DNA from: Candidatus Caldarchaeum sp.
GTDB lineage: Archaea; Thermoproteota; Nitrososphaeria_A; Caldarchaeales; Caldarchaeaceae
Assembly: GCA_038885755.1 (NCBI GenBank)
Contig: JAVZZH010000003.1
Location: forward strand, 64,001-128,000
DNA: 64,000 nucleotides
Direction: 5' to 3'
Notes under the pieces: generated by a model
The model's database searches: none
What the model was told of the DNA's origin: nothing
Seen by the model: only the letters and a program-made list of their open reading frames with translations
In this document: in pieces, positions 20,797 through 31,183 of the stretch
Position numbering within the stretch: position 1 is the stretch's first letter
How the letters are laid out: every line of letters starts with the position of its first letter
Made by a program: the position numbers and the translations under genes

Positions 20797-21916
20797 CCGA
20801 GTCAACCTTCTGAACATCCCGGTCGACATACACTCGGACGAGCTTGAGGGGTTTGGATAGCTGCTGCAGTATCCACGACTCGGTTTCGACGGGTGGGTGG
20901 ATTTTGATTTCGCCGGGCCCGTACTTGGTCAACGGCGGTGCGTACGAGAAGTCGACGAACACCTTGACCGGGTCCAGGCCTGCTTCGTCGGCCACCGTCT
21001 TCTCGACCTCCTCCCTGTCCTTCAAGTCCAGCCGAGGCCCGTCCCCGCCGAAGAACTGTCTCTCGAACACGCTTCTTGGCAGAACACGCCTCTCAAGCCT
21101 CCTGATGACCCAGCGTGTCTCCTCTCTGCTCCTCAGCAAACACCAAGTAGTGAAGTCGTCGTGCTCAAGGTACTCGTCGACAGTCATTCCGCCGAAGTCT
21201 AGATCGTCGCTGAGGATGATCGCTCCACGCAGCAGCAGAAGCTGAGCCGCCCTGACTGCGTGGTGAAAGTAGATGTTGATGAACGAGTGGTATCTAGCCA
21301 TGGCCAGCTCCTCGACGGCCCCAATCACCCGGCTGTCGACCGCAGGCCCGTCATCGAGCAGCTTCGTCAGTCTTATTATCCTCTTGACGTCGACGACGCC
21401 GTAGGTCGCTCCTGAGAAGTACGAGTCTCTGACGAGGAAGTCTAAACGGTCTACGTCTAAAGGTCCCGAGATTAAGCCGCTCAGCTTGCTCCGGCCTCTG
21501 AGCATGTCGACGACGTCGTCCACACTTACGCCCATTTGTCTCAATTCTTTCGACACCTCCCCGTCCTGCTGTATGATTCTAATGCTCATGTCCTCGTGGC
21601 TTAGGCCTTTCACGACTAGGAGCTCTTCAAGAAGATGGGAGAAGGGGGTGTGGCCCGCGTCGTGCAGTAGGGCTGCGACCCTCACCAAGGTTTTCTCCGA
21701 CTCGTCTAGACGCAGGTGGTCGGCGAACTCTCCCGCCAGATGCATGCATCCGAGCGAGTGGTCAAACCTGCTGTGCCGTGCTCCGGGGTAGACTAGGTGG
21801 ACTAGCGGCAGCTGGCTTATTCGTCTGAGCCTCTGGACGGTTCTCGAGTCGACTAGGCCCAGCTCTTGCTCCGTAAGGGTGATGTAGCCGTGTACTGGGT
21901 CCTTGACCAGCTTCAA
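20756..21916 (-). CDS. HD-domain phosphohydrolase (dNTP triphosphohydrolase-like)
   Basis: DPVHG, QRLRRISQL, HSRFDHSLG, ALLHDAGHTPFSH, LDVDRLDFLVRDS. Confidence 0.9.
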   Translation of the reverse strand: MKLVKDPVHGYITLTEQELGLVDSRTVQRLRRISQLPLVHLVYPGARHSRFDHSLGCMHLAGEFADHLRLDESEKTLVRVAALLHDAGHTPFSHLLEELLVVKGLSHEDMSIRIIQQDGEVSKELRQMGVSVDDVVDMLRGRSKLSGLISGPLDVDRLDFLVRDSYFSGATYGVVDVKRIIRLTKLLDDGPAVDSRVIGAVEELAMARYHSFINIYFHHAVRAAQLLLLRGAIILSDDLDFGGMTVDEYLEHDDFTTWCLLRSREETRWVIRRLERRVLPRSVFERQFFGGDGPRLDLKDREEVEKTVADEAGLDPVKVFVDFSYAPPLTKYGPGEIKIHPPVETESWILQQLSKPLKLVRVYVDRDVQKVDSVRAAADEVFSKKA

Positions 21917-21950
21917 ACCATTTTCTCTGATGGGCCGCCTCCAATAAGGT

Positions 21951-22295
21951 TTAACGGCTGAGCTTTACGTTTCTAACCCAGACCACGGCGCCCTGCGGAT
22001 GCCTATACTTCAGAGGCTTCTTGAACCGTTTGACAACCTTCAAGACCCAGCCGTACCTGTATCTGGTGCTTGCCCCCAAATGATAGCGTCTAAGCCTGAA
22101 AATCTCGCTCCTGCTCAGAGGCCCTCGAACACCAACAATCCTGACCACTCCCAAGGCGTATCCTCCGGACAGCAGGTAGATGTTCTTGCCGAGCTTGCCG
22201 GCCGGCGCAGGCCACCGCCTCATCTCCCACTTCTTCCGCCCCGAAATTATCAGTCCAGCGTAGGGCTGCTTTACTACCAGCCCGTCCAAGCTCAT
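21951..22295 (-). CDS. ASCH domain protein
   Basis: VKQPYAGLIISGRKKWEMR (GxKxxExR) motif. Confidence 0.85.
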   Translation of the reverse strand: MSLDGLVVKQPYAGLIISGRKKWEMRRWPAPAGKLGKNIYLLSGGYALGVVRIVGVRGPLSRSEIFRLRRYHLGASTRYRYGWVLKVVKRFKKPLKYRHPQGAVVWVRNVKLSR

Positions 22296-22696
22296 TCCTC
22301 GAACTCTCGAGAATCCATCTTAAGCCCGAGGTATGTGTAGGCAGCTGTCTTGACCGCCTTGAGAGGTAGGAGGGCGCACTTGACTCTCACGGGCCCTACT
22401 TCTATCCCCAGCATGTCGAAGACGTGCTGCTTGTCGAGAGCTTTTATATCGTCAAGCTTCTTGCCCTGAATAGACTCGATGAGCATCGAAGTTGAGGCTT
22501 GGCTGATGGCGCATCCATGCCCACGGAAGCTGGCTTTTTCAACCACGCCGTCGGCGTTTATCTTGAGGTAAACCTCCACAACATCTCCGCACAGCGGGTT
22601 CGAGTCCTTCACCTTGACCGAGGCATCCTTCAGCTCTCCGTAGTTGCGTGGGTTGCGGTAGTGGTCGAGAATAACCTCGAACTGAGACTCGCTCAA
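22292..22696 (-). CDS. sufU: Fe-S cluster scaffold / sulfur transfer protein (SufU/IscU)
   Basis: ILDHYRNPRN, NPLCGD, GHGCAISQAS, RVKCALL. Confidence 0.9.
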   Translation of the reverse strand: MSESQFEVILDHYRNPRNYGELKDASVKVKDSNPLCGDVVEVYLKINADGVVEKASFRGHGCAISQASTSMLIESIQGKKLDDIKALDKQHVFDMLGIEVGPVRVKCALLPLKAVKTAAYTYLGLKMDSREFEE

Positions 22697-22798
22697 ACTC
22701 GTCTATCCAACCAACAGCCCGAATTTAATGTTTCAAAAACACCAAAGCCGCGAAACGACGTTAAAAACCTTATAAACGCTGCAGAACCAGTGAAAAAC

Positions 22799-23665
22799 GT
22801 GTCTCTACGTGAGTTGATAGATTTAGTTGAGACGTTGAAAAGCCGTATCAAAAAACATCACGACGAGCTGCAAAAGAACGAGACACTAACCAGATATGTC
22901 TTGGTCGACCCGTTGCTCAGGGCTTTGGGATGGGACACGGAAAACCCGGAGCTGCTCGTCCCAGAGATGACCACGCAGTCAGGTAGGCCCGACTATACGC
23001 TGCTGCATAACGGACAGAAAATTGCTTTCGTCGGAGTAAAAGCACTCGGCAAGCCGGAAGACCTGATTAAGCAACTTTCTTACTGTGTAGCGGAAGGCGT
23101 TAGATATTTCATCGCAACAGATGGAGCAAAGTGGGAAGTTTATGACACACGGATTCAGAAACCTCTGGCGGAGAAACGCATAGCCGAGTGGGACATGGAA
23201 TCCATGGATGCGGGCGAGGTGGTTAGACGCGCTTTCTCCATAATGCGGCATGCAGGCGTGGGCATGCCTCCGCAAATCATCGAGTTTCCCAAACCTGAAG
23301 GAACTCCTCTATCACGGATAACTCCTAAACATCACGAAAAACTCAAGTTCACAAAAATAGTTTTTCCCGATGGGAAGAGCTTCGACCTCGAATATTGGAG
23401 AGACTTGTTGGTGGCTACGGTTGAATGGCTGTCCTCAACAGATAAACTCAAACCACCAGTCAAACTACCTCGCGGCTCTACCTACTTAGTGAACACCGAG
23501 CCAAAACACGCCGACGGCAGACGATTTTTAAGCATTAGACAGGTTGGAAACCTATTTGTCGAAACAAATTTCAACAACAAGGATATCGTGAAGCACACCA
23601 AATACCTGCTCCAACAACACGGAGTGGACGCCAACCACGTATTTCTGCACACCCAGAGTGAGTAG
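22799..23665 (+). CDS. HsdR_N-type PD-(D/E)xK nuclease domain fused to a SeqA-like C-terminal domain
   Basis: NETLTR..LVDPLLRALGWD...RPDY..; ATDG..W..YD; C-terminal WRDLL...FVETNFN..DI...LLQ..G; start set at GTG 22799. Confidence 0.7.
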   Translation: MSLRELIDLVETLKSRIKKHHDELQKNETLTRYVLVDPLLRALGWDTENPELLVPEMTTQSGRPDYTLLHNGQKIAFVGVKALGKPEDLIKQLSYCVAEGVRYFIATDGAKWEVYDTRIQKPLAEKRIAEWDMESMDAGEVVRRAFSIMRHAGVGMPPQIIEFPKPEGTPLSRITPKHHEKLKFTKIVFPDGKSFDLEYWRDLLVATVEWLSSTDKLKPPVKLPRGSTYLVNTEPKHADGRRFLSIRQVGNLFVETNFNNKDIVKHTKYLLQQHGVDANHVFLHTQSE

Positions 23666-24107
23666 CTCGGAAGGCCCCGCATCCCCACTATATAGAGTCT
23701 TCCCTGACGGAATACCAGCCTCTATTTCCCCAGCCTGCGTATGTCGTAGACTCTGAGGATGTCCCTGAACACGTCTGGGACCGAAGTCCTATCGCCACTA
23801 GGGCCGCCACGTCTCCGGCTGTTCGCCGCGGTATCTGGACTGGGTCTAGGTAGGCAGCATGGACGCCTTTTCCGATAGCAAGCCATGACGTGAAAGCCAT
23901 AAAATCTGTCTCAGACAAACTGGTAGCCATGAGCAGCGGGATAAAATCGCTGAAGGCGTTCACAGCAAGGTAATTATTTCAGCAGAGGTTATGAATCGTA
24001 TTTGGGTGTTGGTGGTAGAAATTCTGATTGCGAGCTATATAAAAGGCGTGCCAGTTTTAGATAATGTAAACTCATAGGTAAACGGTATTGCTGCTGTTTA
24101 CCTATGT

Positions 24108-24611
24108 TTAACGCGTTCTTTTGGGCTGGATACGCCATCGTGGTGAATGTTCCCGTCTGTAGAGGAGAAACTCCCGCTCAACCTGCATGACCTGCGTAGC
24201 AAAATTGTTTTTGTATGTTTTGTGCCTGGCTATAACTATGCCGACATCATTCCGGTCTGATGCTTCTCTTGTTTCTAAAATCTCTGTCACTACGTGTAAC
24301 GTGTCGCCGTCGAATACGGGGGCGAGCATTTTTAGGTCTCTAACCTCTATCTCCCGCGCAACATTCATAAAATCTTCGGAAGCGATGCCGTAAGTTATCC
24401 CAAGAACCATCGTCACGACAAGAAGCGGTTGTTTGAACTCTGTAAACTGCATGCATTCTCTGTCAAAATGGATGCTGGCTGTATTAAGTAATGTGTGGGA
24501 AAAAAATAAGTTATCCTGGAAGGTGACTGTTCTGCCTAGGCGATGAACTATGGTCTGCCCTGGCTTGACATCTTCGAAAAACAACCCAGCATAACCTGAA
24601 AACGCTTTCAA
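24108..24611 (-). CDS. MaoC-family (hotdog) dehydratase resembling the C-terminal half of mesaconyl-CoA hydratase
   Basis: GLFFED..GQ..H..GRTVT..DN....LLNTASIHFD; PVFDGDTL. Confidence 0.85.
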   Translation of the reverse strand: MKAFSGYAGLFFEDVKPGQTIVHRLGRTVTFQDNLFFSHTLLNTASIHFDRECMQFTEFKQPLLVVTMVLGITYGIASEDFMNVAREIEVRDLKMLAPVFDGDTLHVVTEILETREASDRNDVGIVIARHKTYKNNFATQVMQVEREFLLYRREHSPRWRIQPKRTR

Positions 24612-24613
24612 AG

Positions 24614-25138
24614 TTATGTCCCACGCACCTTCTTAAGATACTCCCGCCATGGAGAGCTGGACCGCTTGAAGACGAGGTTCGTCCTTTTTATCTCGCCAAC
24701 CAACTCGTTATTCTGATTGTAGCCACGATGCAGCCAAGTGACTATGCCCGCGTTGGGACGTGACCTTGATTCGCGGACGTCGATGACCTCTGTCTCAACA
24801 TACAGCGTGTCGCCGGGATATAGCTGCCTATGGATTCTCATGTAATCAGCCTGCAGGAAAGCCATTGTGTTCATGCTGCTGTCCTTAACACTCATAGCTA
24901 GCAGCGCGTTCAAAACGACCAGAGGATGTATGATGATTCTACCAGATTCCGCAACCTTCGCATATTCTTTATCGATGTACAGCGGTGTGCAGTCTCCCGT
25001 GAACGAAAGCCAGCTATAGTTGTCGTATTCCGTGAAAGTTCGGCCCGGCCATGAGATGATCTTCATACCGACTTTGAAGTCTTCGAAGTATGGCCCTTCG
25101 CCGTCCCATGGCGGAGCCTGCATCTCCTCCCCTGTCAT
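24614..25138 (-). CDS. MaoC-family (hotdog) dehydratase resembling the N-terminal half of mesaconyl-CoA hydratase
   Basis: GPYFEDFKVG..GRTFTEYDN; IHP; YPGDTL; RESRSRPNAGIVTW..G.NQ...RTNLV. Confidence 0.85.
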   Translation of the reverse strand: MTGEEMQAPPWDGEGPYFEDFKVGMKIISWPGRTFTEYDNYSWLSFTGDCTPLYIDKEYAKVAESGRIIIHPLVVLNALLAMSVKDSSMNTMAFLQADYMRIHRQLYPGDTLYVETEVIDVRESRSRPNAGIVTWLHRGYNQNNELVGEIKRTNLVFKRSSSPWREYLKKVRGT

Positions 25139-25142
25139 GTTT

Positions 25143-26360
25143 CTATACCTCTCCGTAAGACCTCGGCATCCCCAGAATGTTTGTGGCGACGAAGTTTAAC
25201 ACCATGTGAGGCGATATCTGTGCAAAGACAAGGAACTCGCTTCCACGCCACAGCCTCTCCACATCCATGTCGACTGAATATCCATACCCTCCAAGCGTCA
25301 GAACAGCTTCCCTACATGCAAGCGCACACGCCTCGGCTGCAGCATATTTTGCAGCATTTGAATAATAGCCGACCTGCTTAGGTTCTCCTCCGTTGTCGAT
25401 GAGCTCTAATGCCTTCCACTTCAGGGCATCAGCGGCCTCTAGCCTTATCCATGCATCGGCTAGGGGAAACTGAATGCCTTGATACTTAGCTATTGGGTCG
25501 GGAGGAAATACAACCCTTTGCATGGCGTATTCCACAGCTTTTTTGACAGCATACCTGCCCATGGAGACGCATTGTCCAGCAATGAGTGTACGCTCGACGT
25601 TAGCTCCTTCAAGCAGGTGGTAAAAGCCTCTCACCTCGTCGCCCAGCAAATGGTCAGCAGGCACTGCAAGCTCATCGATATACATCATGTTGGTGTCGAT
25701 GGGGCGTCTAACGTTATTAGGTATTTCCTCCACTTTAATCTCCTTCCCCAGGGAATTTCTGAGATCTACTAGGAACAGGGCTATTCCCTCAGTTTTCTTT
25801 TTCGCCTCCTCGTAGGGTATCACTCTGGCAGCTATAATTCCCAAATGCGAGTATCGAACTCTGGAGATGAAAGCTTTCTGACCGTTGATGATGTAGTAGT
25901 CTCCCTCGCGTCTGGCTATAGTCTTCATACATAGCGTGTTAAACCCGGTTTGAGGTTCTGTGACCGCAAAGACTTGGAACCTCAGCCGGCCTTTCGCCAC
26001 CTCAGGCAAATACTTGTGCTTAACCTCATCCTTTCCATACTTCACTAACATGTGGTTGTTGAAGAAACCTCCATGAATACTGTTCGAAGCCACTACACCT
26101 CCGGGGGAGGCAGCTATCTCCTCCAAGGTTATGTCAATCTCTGTCACACCGTAGCCAGAGCCCCCGTATTCCTCAGGGATGTTAACACCCATCAGCCCGT
26201 GTTTTTCGACTTCCTGGACGAATTCTAAGGGGAACCTCCTCTCTTCATCCATTTTCATCCAGTATCTAGAGCCATAGTTATTCATTATGGACTTGACGGT
26301 GTTCTTTGCAAGTTCTATAAACTCTTTTCTCTGCTTGTTGAGCCACCACACGGTCTTCAC
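25143..26360 (-). CDS. Acyl-CoA dehydrogenase
   Basis: IPEEYGGSG, FAVTEPQTG, INGQKAFIS, QGIQFPLAD, LGGYGY....VERLWR. Confidence 0.93.
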   Translation of the reverse strand: MKTVWWLNKQRKEFIELAKNTVKSIMNNYGSRYWMKMDEERRFPLEFVQEVEKHGLMGVNIPEEYGGSGYGVTEIDITLEEIAASPGGVVASNSIHGGFFNNHMLVKYGKDEVKHKYLPEVAKGRLRFQVFAVTEPQTGFNTLCMKTIARREGDYYIINGQKAFISRVRYSHLGIIAARVIPYEEAKKKTEGIALFLVDLRNSLGKEIKVEEIPNNVRRPIDTNMMYIDELAVPADHLLGDEVRGFYHLLEGANVERTLIAGQCVSMGRYAVKKAVEYAMQRVVFPPDPIAKYQGIQFPLADAWIRLEAADALKWKALELIDNGGEPKQVGYYSNAAKYAAAEACALACREAVLTLGGYGYSVDMDVERLWRGSEFLVFAQISPHMVLNFVATNILGMPRSYGEV

Positions 26361-26401
26361 TAGACATAGGGTTGGTAATATAGATTTTCGGACGCTGAGA
26401 A

Positions 26402-26884
26402 GGCACCGTCATTCAAGATGGTTGTTTAGCGTCTGCAAAGACCCGCCAGCCCCTCTACGTCCTAGTAGCCATCGACGCCTTTGACGAATGCCGGCTCCTT
26501 TATAGCCGCGAGCTGGGGTTCGGGAGGTTTATAGTGGTTTATGGGGCCGTAGGGTAATAATGTCTGGTTGGATATTGGTGTGGATTCTTGAGAGCTTTTG
26601 GCTCTGGAGGCGTCCCTTAGAAAGAGCTGTTTGAAAGCTATCAGGTTTCTGAAGAGTCCTTAAACAAACCTAGAGGGGCTGGACTGGATTGTGAGCTTCA
26701 GGGGTTTGCTATGAGGAACGGTGTTGAGATGTTCTTCAGATACCTGAAGGAGAGCACTACAAGCCTAGCGCCAAAAACTATATACAGAGGATAACAAACC
26801 TCAACCAATTCCTCAAACTCTTCGAACTCTACAACCAAACCATCTGAGACGGAGATGGCTAACCATGCTCATCCCGACAATACT
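26402..26884 (+). mobile_element. IS6-family transposase remnant(s)
   Basis: Fragments LYVLVAID, VWLDIGVDS*ELLAL, MRNGVEMFFRYLKE, ITNLNQFLKLF; right end 26868-26884 matches the TIR at 31184 in 13 of 17 positions. Confidence 0.7.
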
Positions 26885-26964
26885 CCTAACGCCTAAAGAA
26901 AAGCTCGAATAAGGTTGAAAGCGCTCGACGATGAAAGAGAATGTTCAGTCGTTCCAAAAGGTTC

Positions 26965-28431
26965 TCAGCCGTCCATTGCTTTTGTTTGAAGGAATCGTGC
27001 AAATGCATCCAAATCTACTGGTGCATGTCCTCCTCGTCTCCTGACCGCGGCCAGGTATTTGTACAGCTCGTCCCTGAAGTCTGGGTGGGCGCATCTTTCG
27101 ATTATAAGGCTCGCCCTGCTCAATGGCGACAGGCCCCGTAAGTCTGCCCATCCCTGTTCAGTTATAACGACGTCAACATCGTGGTCTGACACGTCGGTGT
27201 GAAGTGTGAAGGGCACTATCCTCGAAACCCTTCCGCTGGCTGCTGTTGATGGTAGGGCTACAATAGTCAGGTATGCTGCGCGTGTAAAGTCGCCGGAACC
27301 ACCCACACCGTTATGTATTTTCCCGTCTATGTGAGACACGTTTGTGTTGCCGTATAGATCGACTTCAAGAGCCTGTTGCACGCAGATGACTTGAAGCCTC
27401 GATATAACCTCCAAAGAGTTAGTTATCTCGTATGGTCTCACCACAATGTATGTGGAAAGTTTATCAAAGCTTTCGTAAAACTCGTTCCTAAACTTTTCCT
27501 CACCCTTCAAAGTGTATAAGCAGGCCGTGCTCATGCCGTTGACCTTTTCCGGAATAGTTAACGCCCACTTCACTGGAGCCACCTCGGTCCATACAGAGAC
27601 ATGCTTTTGCGGAAGCTCGTCAACAAACCTGCTTGCGAGGGGCCCTACCCCAGCCTGGATCACCATGTTCTCCCCCATTTCTGCAGAGCATTCTAGAAAC
27701 TCTATTATATTGCGTGCGATTTTTTCCTCAATCTTTGAAGGGGGCTGGTAAGCAGCTGCATACTCCTCCTCGGCCTCGCTGACCACTATAGATGCTATCT
27801 TCGACCTGGGAATCCTGAGGTGAGGTAGGCCTACACGGTCTCTCACATCCCGTATAGGGATCGGTGTACGTGGTTCTGGAACGTATATGTCGTGAACTCC
27901 GTGGAAAACTGGTTTCCGAACGTTTACCTCAACTATAACCATCTTAGCTGTGGTGACGATGGAGGGGATGCAGTCCAGCGAAAGCGAGGGTGTGATGTTG
28001 CCGTTTTCATCGATGTATGTAGCTTCTATAACCGCTATGTCTAAACCTCCACTAGGAATAACAGAACGTCTCACGAGCCGGCTGTACTCGGACAGCCAGC
28101 AGTCGGAAAATTCTATAATCCCCTGGTTAACCCTCTCCCTCATAACACCGCTTCCGGCTATGAGGTATCTTGTTCCTACGTTGGCCGCCGACATACACTC
28201 CTCAAAGCTGTTCGTGGTTGTCCCCGACACAAGAAGCGCTTTTATCTTAAGCCCTTCACCCTTTTCCTCAGATATCTCAGCTATGGCTTTAGGTATCTCT
28301 TTCGGCACAGCTGTTCCAGCCATTCCGGAGAACGCAACGCTTACACCGTCGTTGAAAAATTCTCTGACAGTGGTATACGCGTCCTTCACTTTGTTCCTCA
28401 ACTCTCTTTCTCTAATCCTGTCAAAAACCAT
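26965..28431 (-). CDS. Acetyl-CoA hydrolase/transferase family CoA transferase
   Basis: DIAVIEAT, QAGVG, ALEVDLYGNTN, GVGGSGDFTR, SRIVP, DVVITEQGWADLRGLSP, CAHPDFR. Confidence 0.92.
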   Translation of the reverse strand: MVFDRIRERELRNKVKDAYTTVREFFNDGVSVAFSGMAGTAVPKEIPKAIAEISEEKGEGLKIKALLVSGTTTNSFEECMSAANVGTRYLIAGSGVMRERVNQGIIEFSDCWLSEYSRLVRRSVIPSGGLDIAVIEATYIDENGNITPSLSLDCIPSIVTTAKMVIVEVNVRKPVFHGVHDIYVPEPRTPIPIRDVRDRVGLPHLRIPRSKIASIVVSEAEEEYAAAYQPPSKIEEKIARNIIEFLECSAEMGENMVIQAGVGPLASRFVDELPQKHVSVWTEVAPVKWALTIPEKVNGMSTACLYTLKGEEKFRNEFYESFDKLSTYIVVRPYEITNSLEVISRLQVICVQQALEVDLYGNTNVSHIDGKIHNGVGGSGDFTRAAYLTIVALPSTAASGRVSRIVPFTLHTDVSDHDVDVVITEQGWADLRGLSPLSRASLIIERCAHPDFRDELYKYLAAVRRRGGHAPVDLDAFARFLQTKAMDG

Positions 28432-28514
28432 GGAACATTCTTGGTGGTGTTTTCTCCCATTTAAATAGGTTTTTACACATTACGATGGGCCTGTCAACCA
28501 AGCTTTCTTTCAGG

Positions 28515-28675
28515 TTTAAGAGGGGTGCTGTCAAACCAGTAGTATACGCCCTTCCGTTTGGGTTATAGGTAGTATGTTGAGGGCTATTGGTGGTTATCTC
28601 TTCTATGCTCTAGAAGCATGGGTTAAGTAGTGCCTTTCACTAGGGTTCAAACAAGCAACGTTAAACCCTCTTAAA
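28515..28675. repeat. 10-bp inverted repeat (TTTAAGAGGG / CCCTCTTAAA) enclosing an IS-end-like GGTGCTGTCAA; possible MITE or IS scar
   Basis: Arms at 28515-28524 and 28666-28675 in a non-coding gap. Confidence 0.3.
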
Positions 28676-28814
28676 AGGACCATAGTTACGGGGTCTGAAG
28701 AGACAGTCCACGGTCCCAAGCTGCTTAAGCGTAATAGATTAAGGGCGGAAGGTTAAGAACCCCAACCTACTCACATTAAACAACCAGACGATAAAGAGCA
28801 GGAAGTGGTTAAAC

Positions 28815-29967
28815 ATGCTTATCTGGACATCCTCGTTGTTAAGAGGGAAATGCTCTTTCGCAGCCCTTTCACAACAGCCCTTGCTACCCTTAGTCAGCTC
28901 TGAACTTGGGCTGACTGCCGGCGGAGCAGGCCTGCTAATGTTTATGCTTTATCTAACTACGGCAGTAGCAGCACCCCCATCCGGATTTCTAACCGATAGA
29001 GTCAGGATGAAGTTTCTCGTGCCATTTTCAACCTGCATGCTTTCGTTAGTTTAGTGCTGCTGGCTTTCGTAAAAGATTTCCCTACCGCGGTTGCCGCCGT
29101 GTTAATCATGGGCATCGGTTATTCTATTTCCGGGCCTCTCAGCACTAAGATGGTTGCAATAAATTTTAAAAATAAGGAGAGAGCAACAGCTATAGGGTTT
29201 AAGCAGAGGGGGACGTCAAGCGGTAGCACTCTAGCAGCTCTAACTCTGCCGTCCATAGCTGTCGTTGCACAAAGTAGCTCAGCATTCATAGCGGTGATTG
29301 CTGCAGCAGCTATGCCGTTTATTCTTGTGAACTACGTACGTGCCAACAACCACGGGAGAGCTGAAGGTGAAAGTTATATGCTCAGAGCCGTGTTTGAATA
29401 AAGGAATATTTTCTTCCTGCTGAGCTCGTTTGGTTTAGGCTTTTCCATGTTCGTTATGTTGACACACTTACCTCTCTTTCTTACACATGATGTAGGTTTG
29501 AGCGTAGTCCAAACCGGATTCATGCTGGCCTTGGTTCAGTTTTTCAGCATTTTGGGTAGAATAGGTCTAGGTGTTTTAGCCGATAGGTTTTTCAGAAGAA
29601 CACGCATAGTGGTTCTCTTGCTGGTAGGCTTTATTGCCGCAATAGCTTCAACTGTTTTTCTTTTTCTGTTAAGCCTGAGATATGGATGGCTGTGGCTACG
29701 ATTGCCTTTCTCGGTTTCTTTCTCTTCAGAGCTATCGCTGTGGTGTTCACGGTTGGAGCAGAGCATGTCGGCACAACAAGCGGAATGACCTACTTTACCC
29801 TAGCTTTTGGGAATGCAGCCGACCCATTGGCATTCGGCCACGTTGCAGACATCGTAGGCCGCTGGGTTGCATGGCTGTTGTATGTGTTAGCGGTTTACCT
29901 CAGCTCCCTGGCCCTCTTTTTCGCATGGCTGTATCAGACAAAGCCTAGCATGCGATTTTCAACATAG
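28815..29967 (+). pseudogene. MFS transporter pseudogene
   Basis: Four consecutive ORF fragments with MFS motifs (GFLTDRV, KERATAIG, GRIGLGVLADRF, FGHVADIVG) broken by frameshifts and stops. Confidence 0.85.
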
Positions 29968-29986
29968 CCTTAAAGCAGATATCTGG

Positions 29987-30136
29987 CTAATAGAGCGGGA
30001 CCTCTGTTATCTCTTCAGCAGGCCACTTGCTTATAACTTCATAACCAGGTTTGGTGATTATTATCATGTCCTCTATTCTTACACCGTATCTGCCGTCAGA
30101 AGCGCAGCCGAGGGTTTCAAGGGCGATGGCCATGTT
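29987..30136 (-). pseudogene. C-terminal remnant of an M24 peptidase, paralog of 57000-58289
   Basis: NMAIALETLGCASDGRYGVRIEDMIIITKPGYEVISKWPAEEITEVPLY* versus NMAIALETLDCTPDAKSGVRIEDMIIVTESGHEVISKWPAEEVTEAPLF*. Confidence 0.85.
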
Positions 30137-30218
30137 GGTCGGCCTCACTTGTCAGGACTATTTTGAACCCTTCACCCGTCGTATGGTTGACATGTTGTTC
30201 TATCAATTTTCTTACTTA

Positions 30219-31127
30219 CTAGACATGTTTAGATATTTTTTCGTTCGCCAGCTTCCCGTAAGTGATCGCCACCGCCATTATATCAAAATCCCTCATACCC
30301 ATATGAGCTGTAGCTGTGAAGAGGTCTTTTGCCAGCGAACCTAATGGTGTCGGCACCTCTACATCCCTAGCTACCTCCATGGCCAGCCTCAAATCTTTAA
30401 CGGCGAGTTCTATGGTGGCGACTGGGCTCCATTCATCATCTATTATTTTCTGGGCCTTGTACTCCGTGACATAATTCTTGAAGACGGTGTTGTTGAATAC
30501 TTCGGTGAGTGTTTTGGGGTTGACGCCGAGCCTCGATGCTAGCACCACACATTCGGAGAACCCGGCCATGTTTATCCATAGATGGAGGTTGAGTATCAGC
30601 TTGATGGCTGTTCCAGCGCCTATATCACCCACATGAAGAATCTTCTGGCTAGTGGTCTGGAGGATAGGTGAGACGGCTTCAACTGACTCCTTCCTACCTG
30701 CAGCCAGTATGGTGAGCTTGGCCTGTTCAGCGATGAAGGCCCCACCAACAACCGGAGCCTCGACAAAGTCGCCACCCTTGGATCTGACCTTCTCAGCTAT
30801 CCTGCGGGCGACTAATGGATGATTGGTGCTCATATCCACAACGATCTTACCAGGTCCAACGCCGTCAAGAACAGATAGTCCCTTCATGTCTCCAGCCCCG
30901 GTCAACACGTTCTCAGTAACAGCGGGATCTGTCAGCATGCTTATCACGATAGGACATCTTTCCGCCACATCGCTCGGAGACTCAGCTACAACAGCACCAA
31001 ACTTAGCGAGTTCCTCAGCTTTGGAACGTGTTCTATTCCACACTATCAGTGGAAACCCACCCTTCAATATATTCCGGGCTATGCGGCCGCCCATCCGGCC
31101 CAACCCTATAAAACCTACATCAGGCAA
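30219..31127 (-). CDS. NAD(P)-dependent beta-hydroxyacid dehydrogenase family protein
   Basis: GFIGLGRMG, WNRT, DMST, EAPVVGG, catalytic KLILN, KDL. Confidence 0.92.
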   Translation of the reverse strand: MPDVGFIGLGRMGGRIARNILKGGFPLIVWNRTRSKAEELAKFGAVVAESPSDVAERCPIVISMLTDPAVTENVLTGAGDMKGLSVLDGVGPGKIVVDMSTNHPLVARRIAEKVRSKGGDFVEAPVVGGAFIAEQAKLTILAAGRKESVEAVSPILQTTSQKILHVGDIGAGTAIKLILNLHLWINMAGFSECVVLASRLGVNPKTLTEVFNNTVFKNYVTEYKAQKIIDDEWSPVATIELAVKDLRLAMEVARDVEVPTPLGSLAKDLFTATAHMGMRDFDIMAVAITYGKLANEKISKHV

Positions 31128-31183
31128 AACTGTTCAACCGGGTAGGCAGCTAGGTGTTTTTTAAACTTTCCACAACCATGTCC

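Noticed and set aside
23670-23963. 91-aa minus-strand ORF or GC-rich patch as a gene or ncRNA
   Set aside because: It looks like a frameshifted gene remnant (..TLYSGDAG..), but I cannot assign a family and no RNA motif is recognisable
22700-24100. Direct repeat of the tRNA-Asn 3' end (att site) or an integrase at the island's left edge
   Set aside because: No copy of CGCCGGGGGCCCGATTTGAAC was found by eye and no recombinase motifs were seen; the boundary stays approximate
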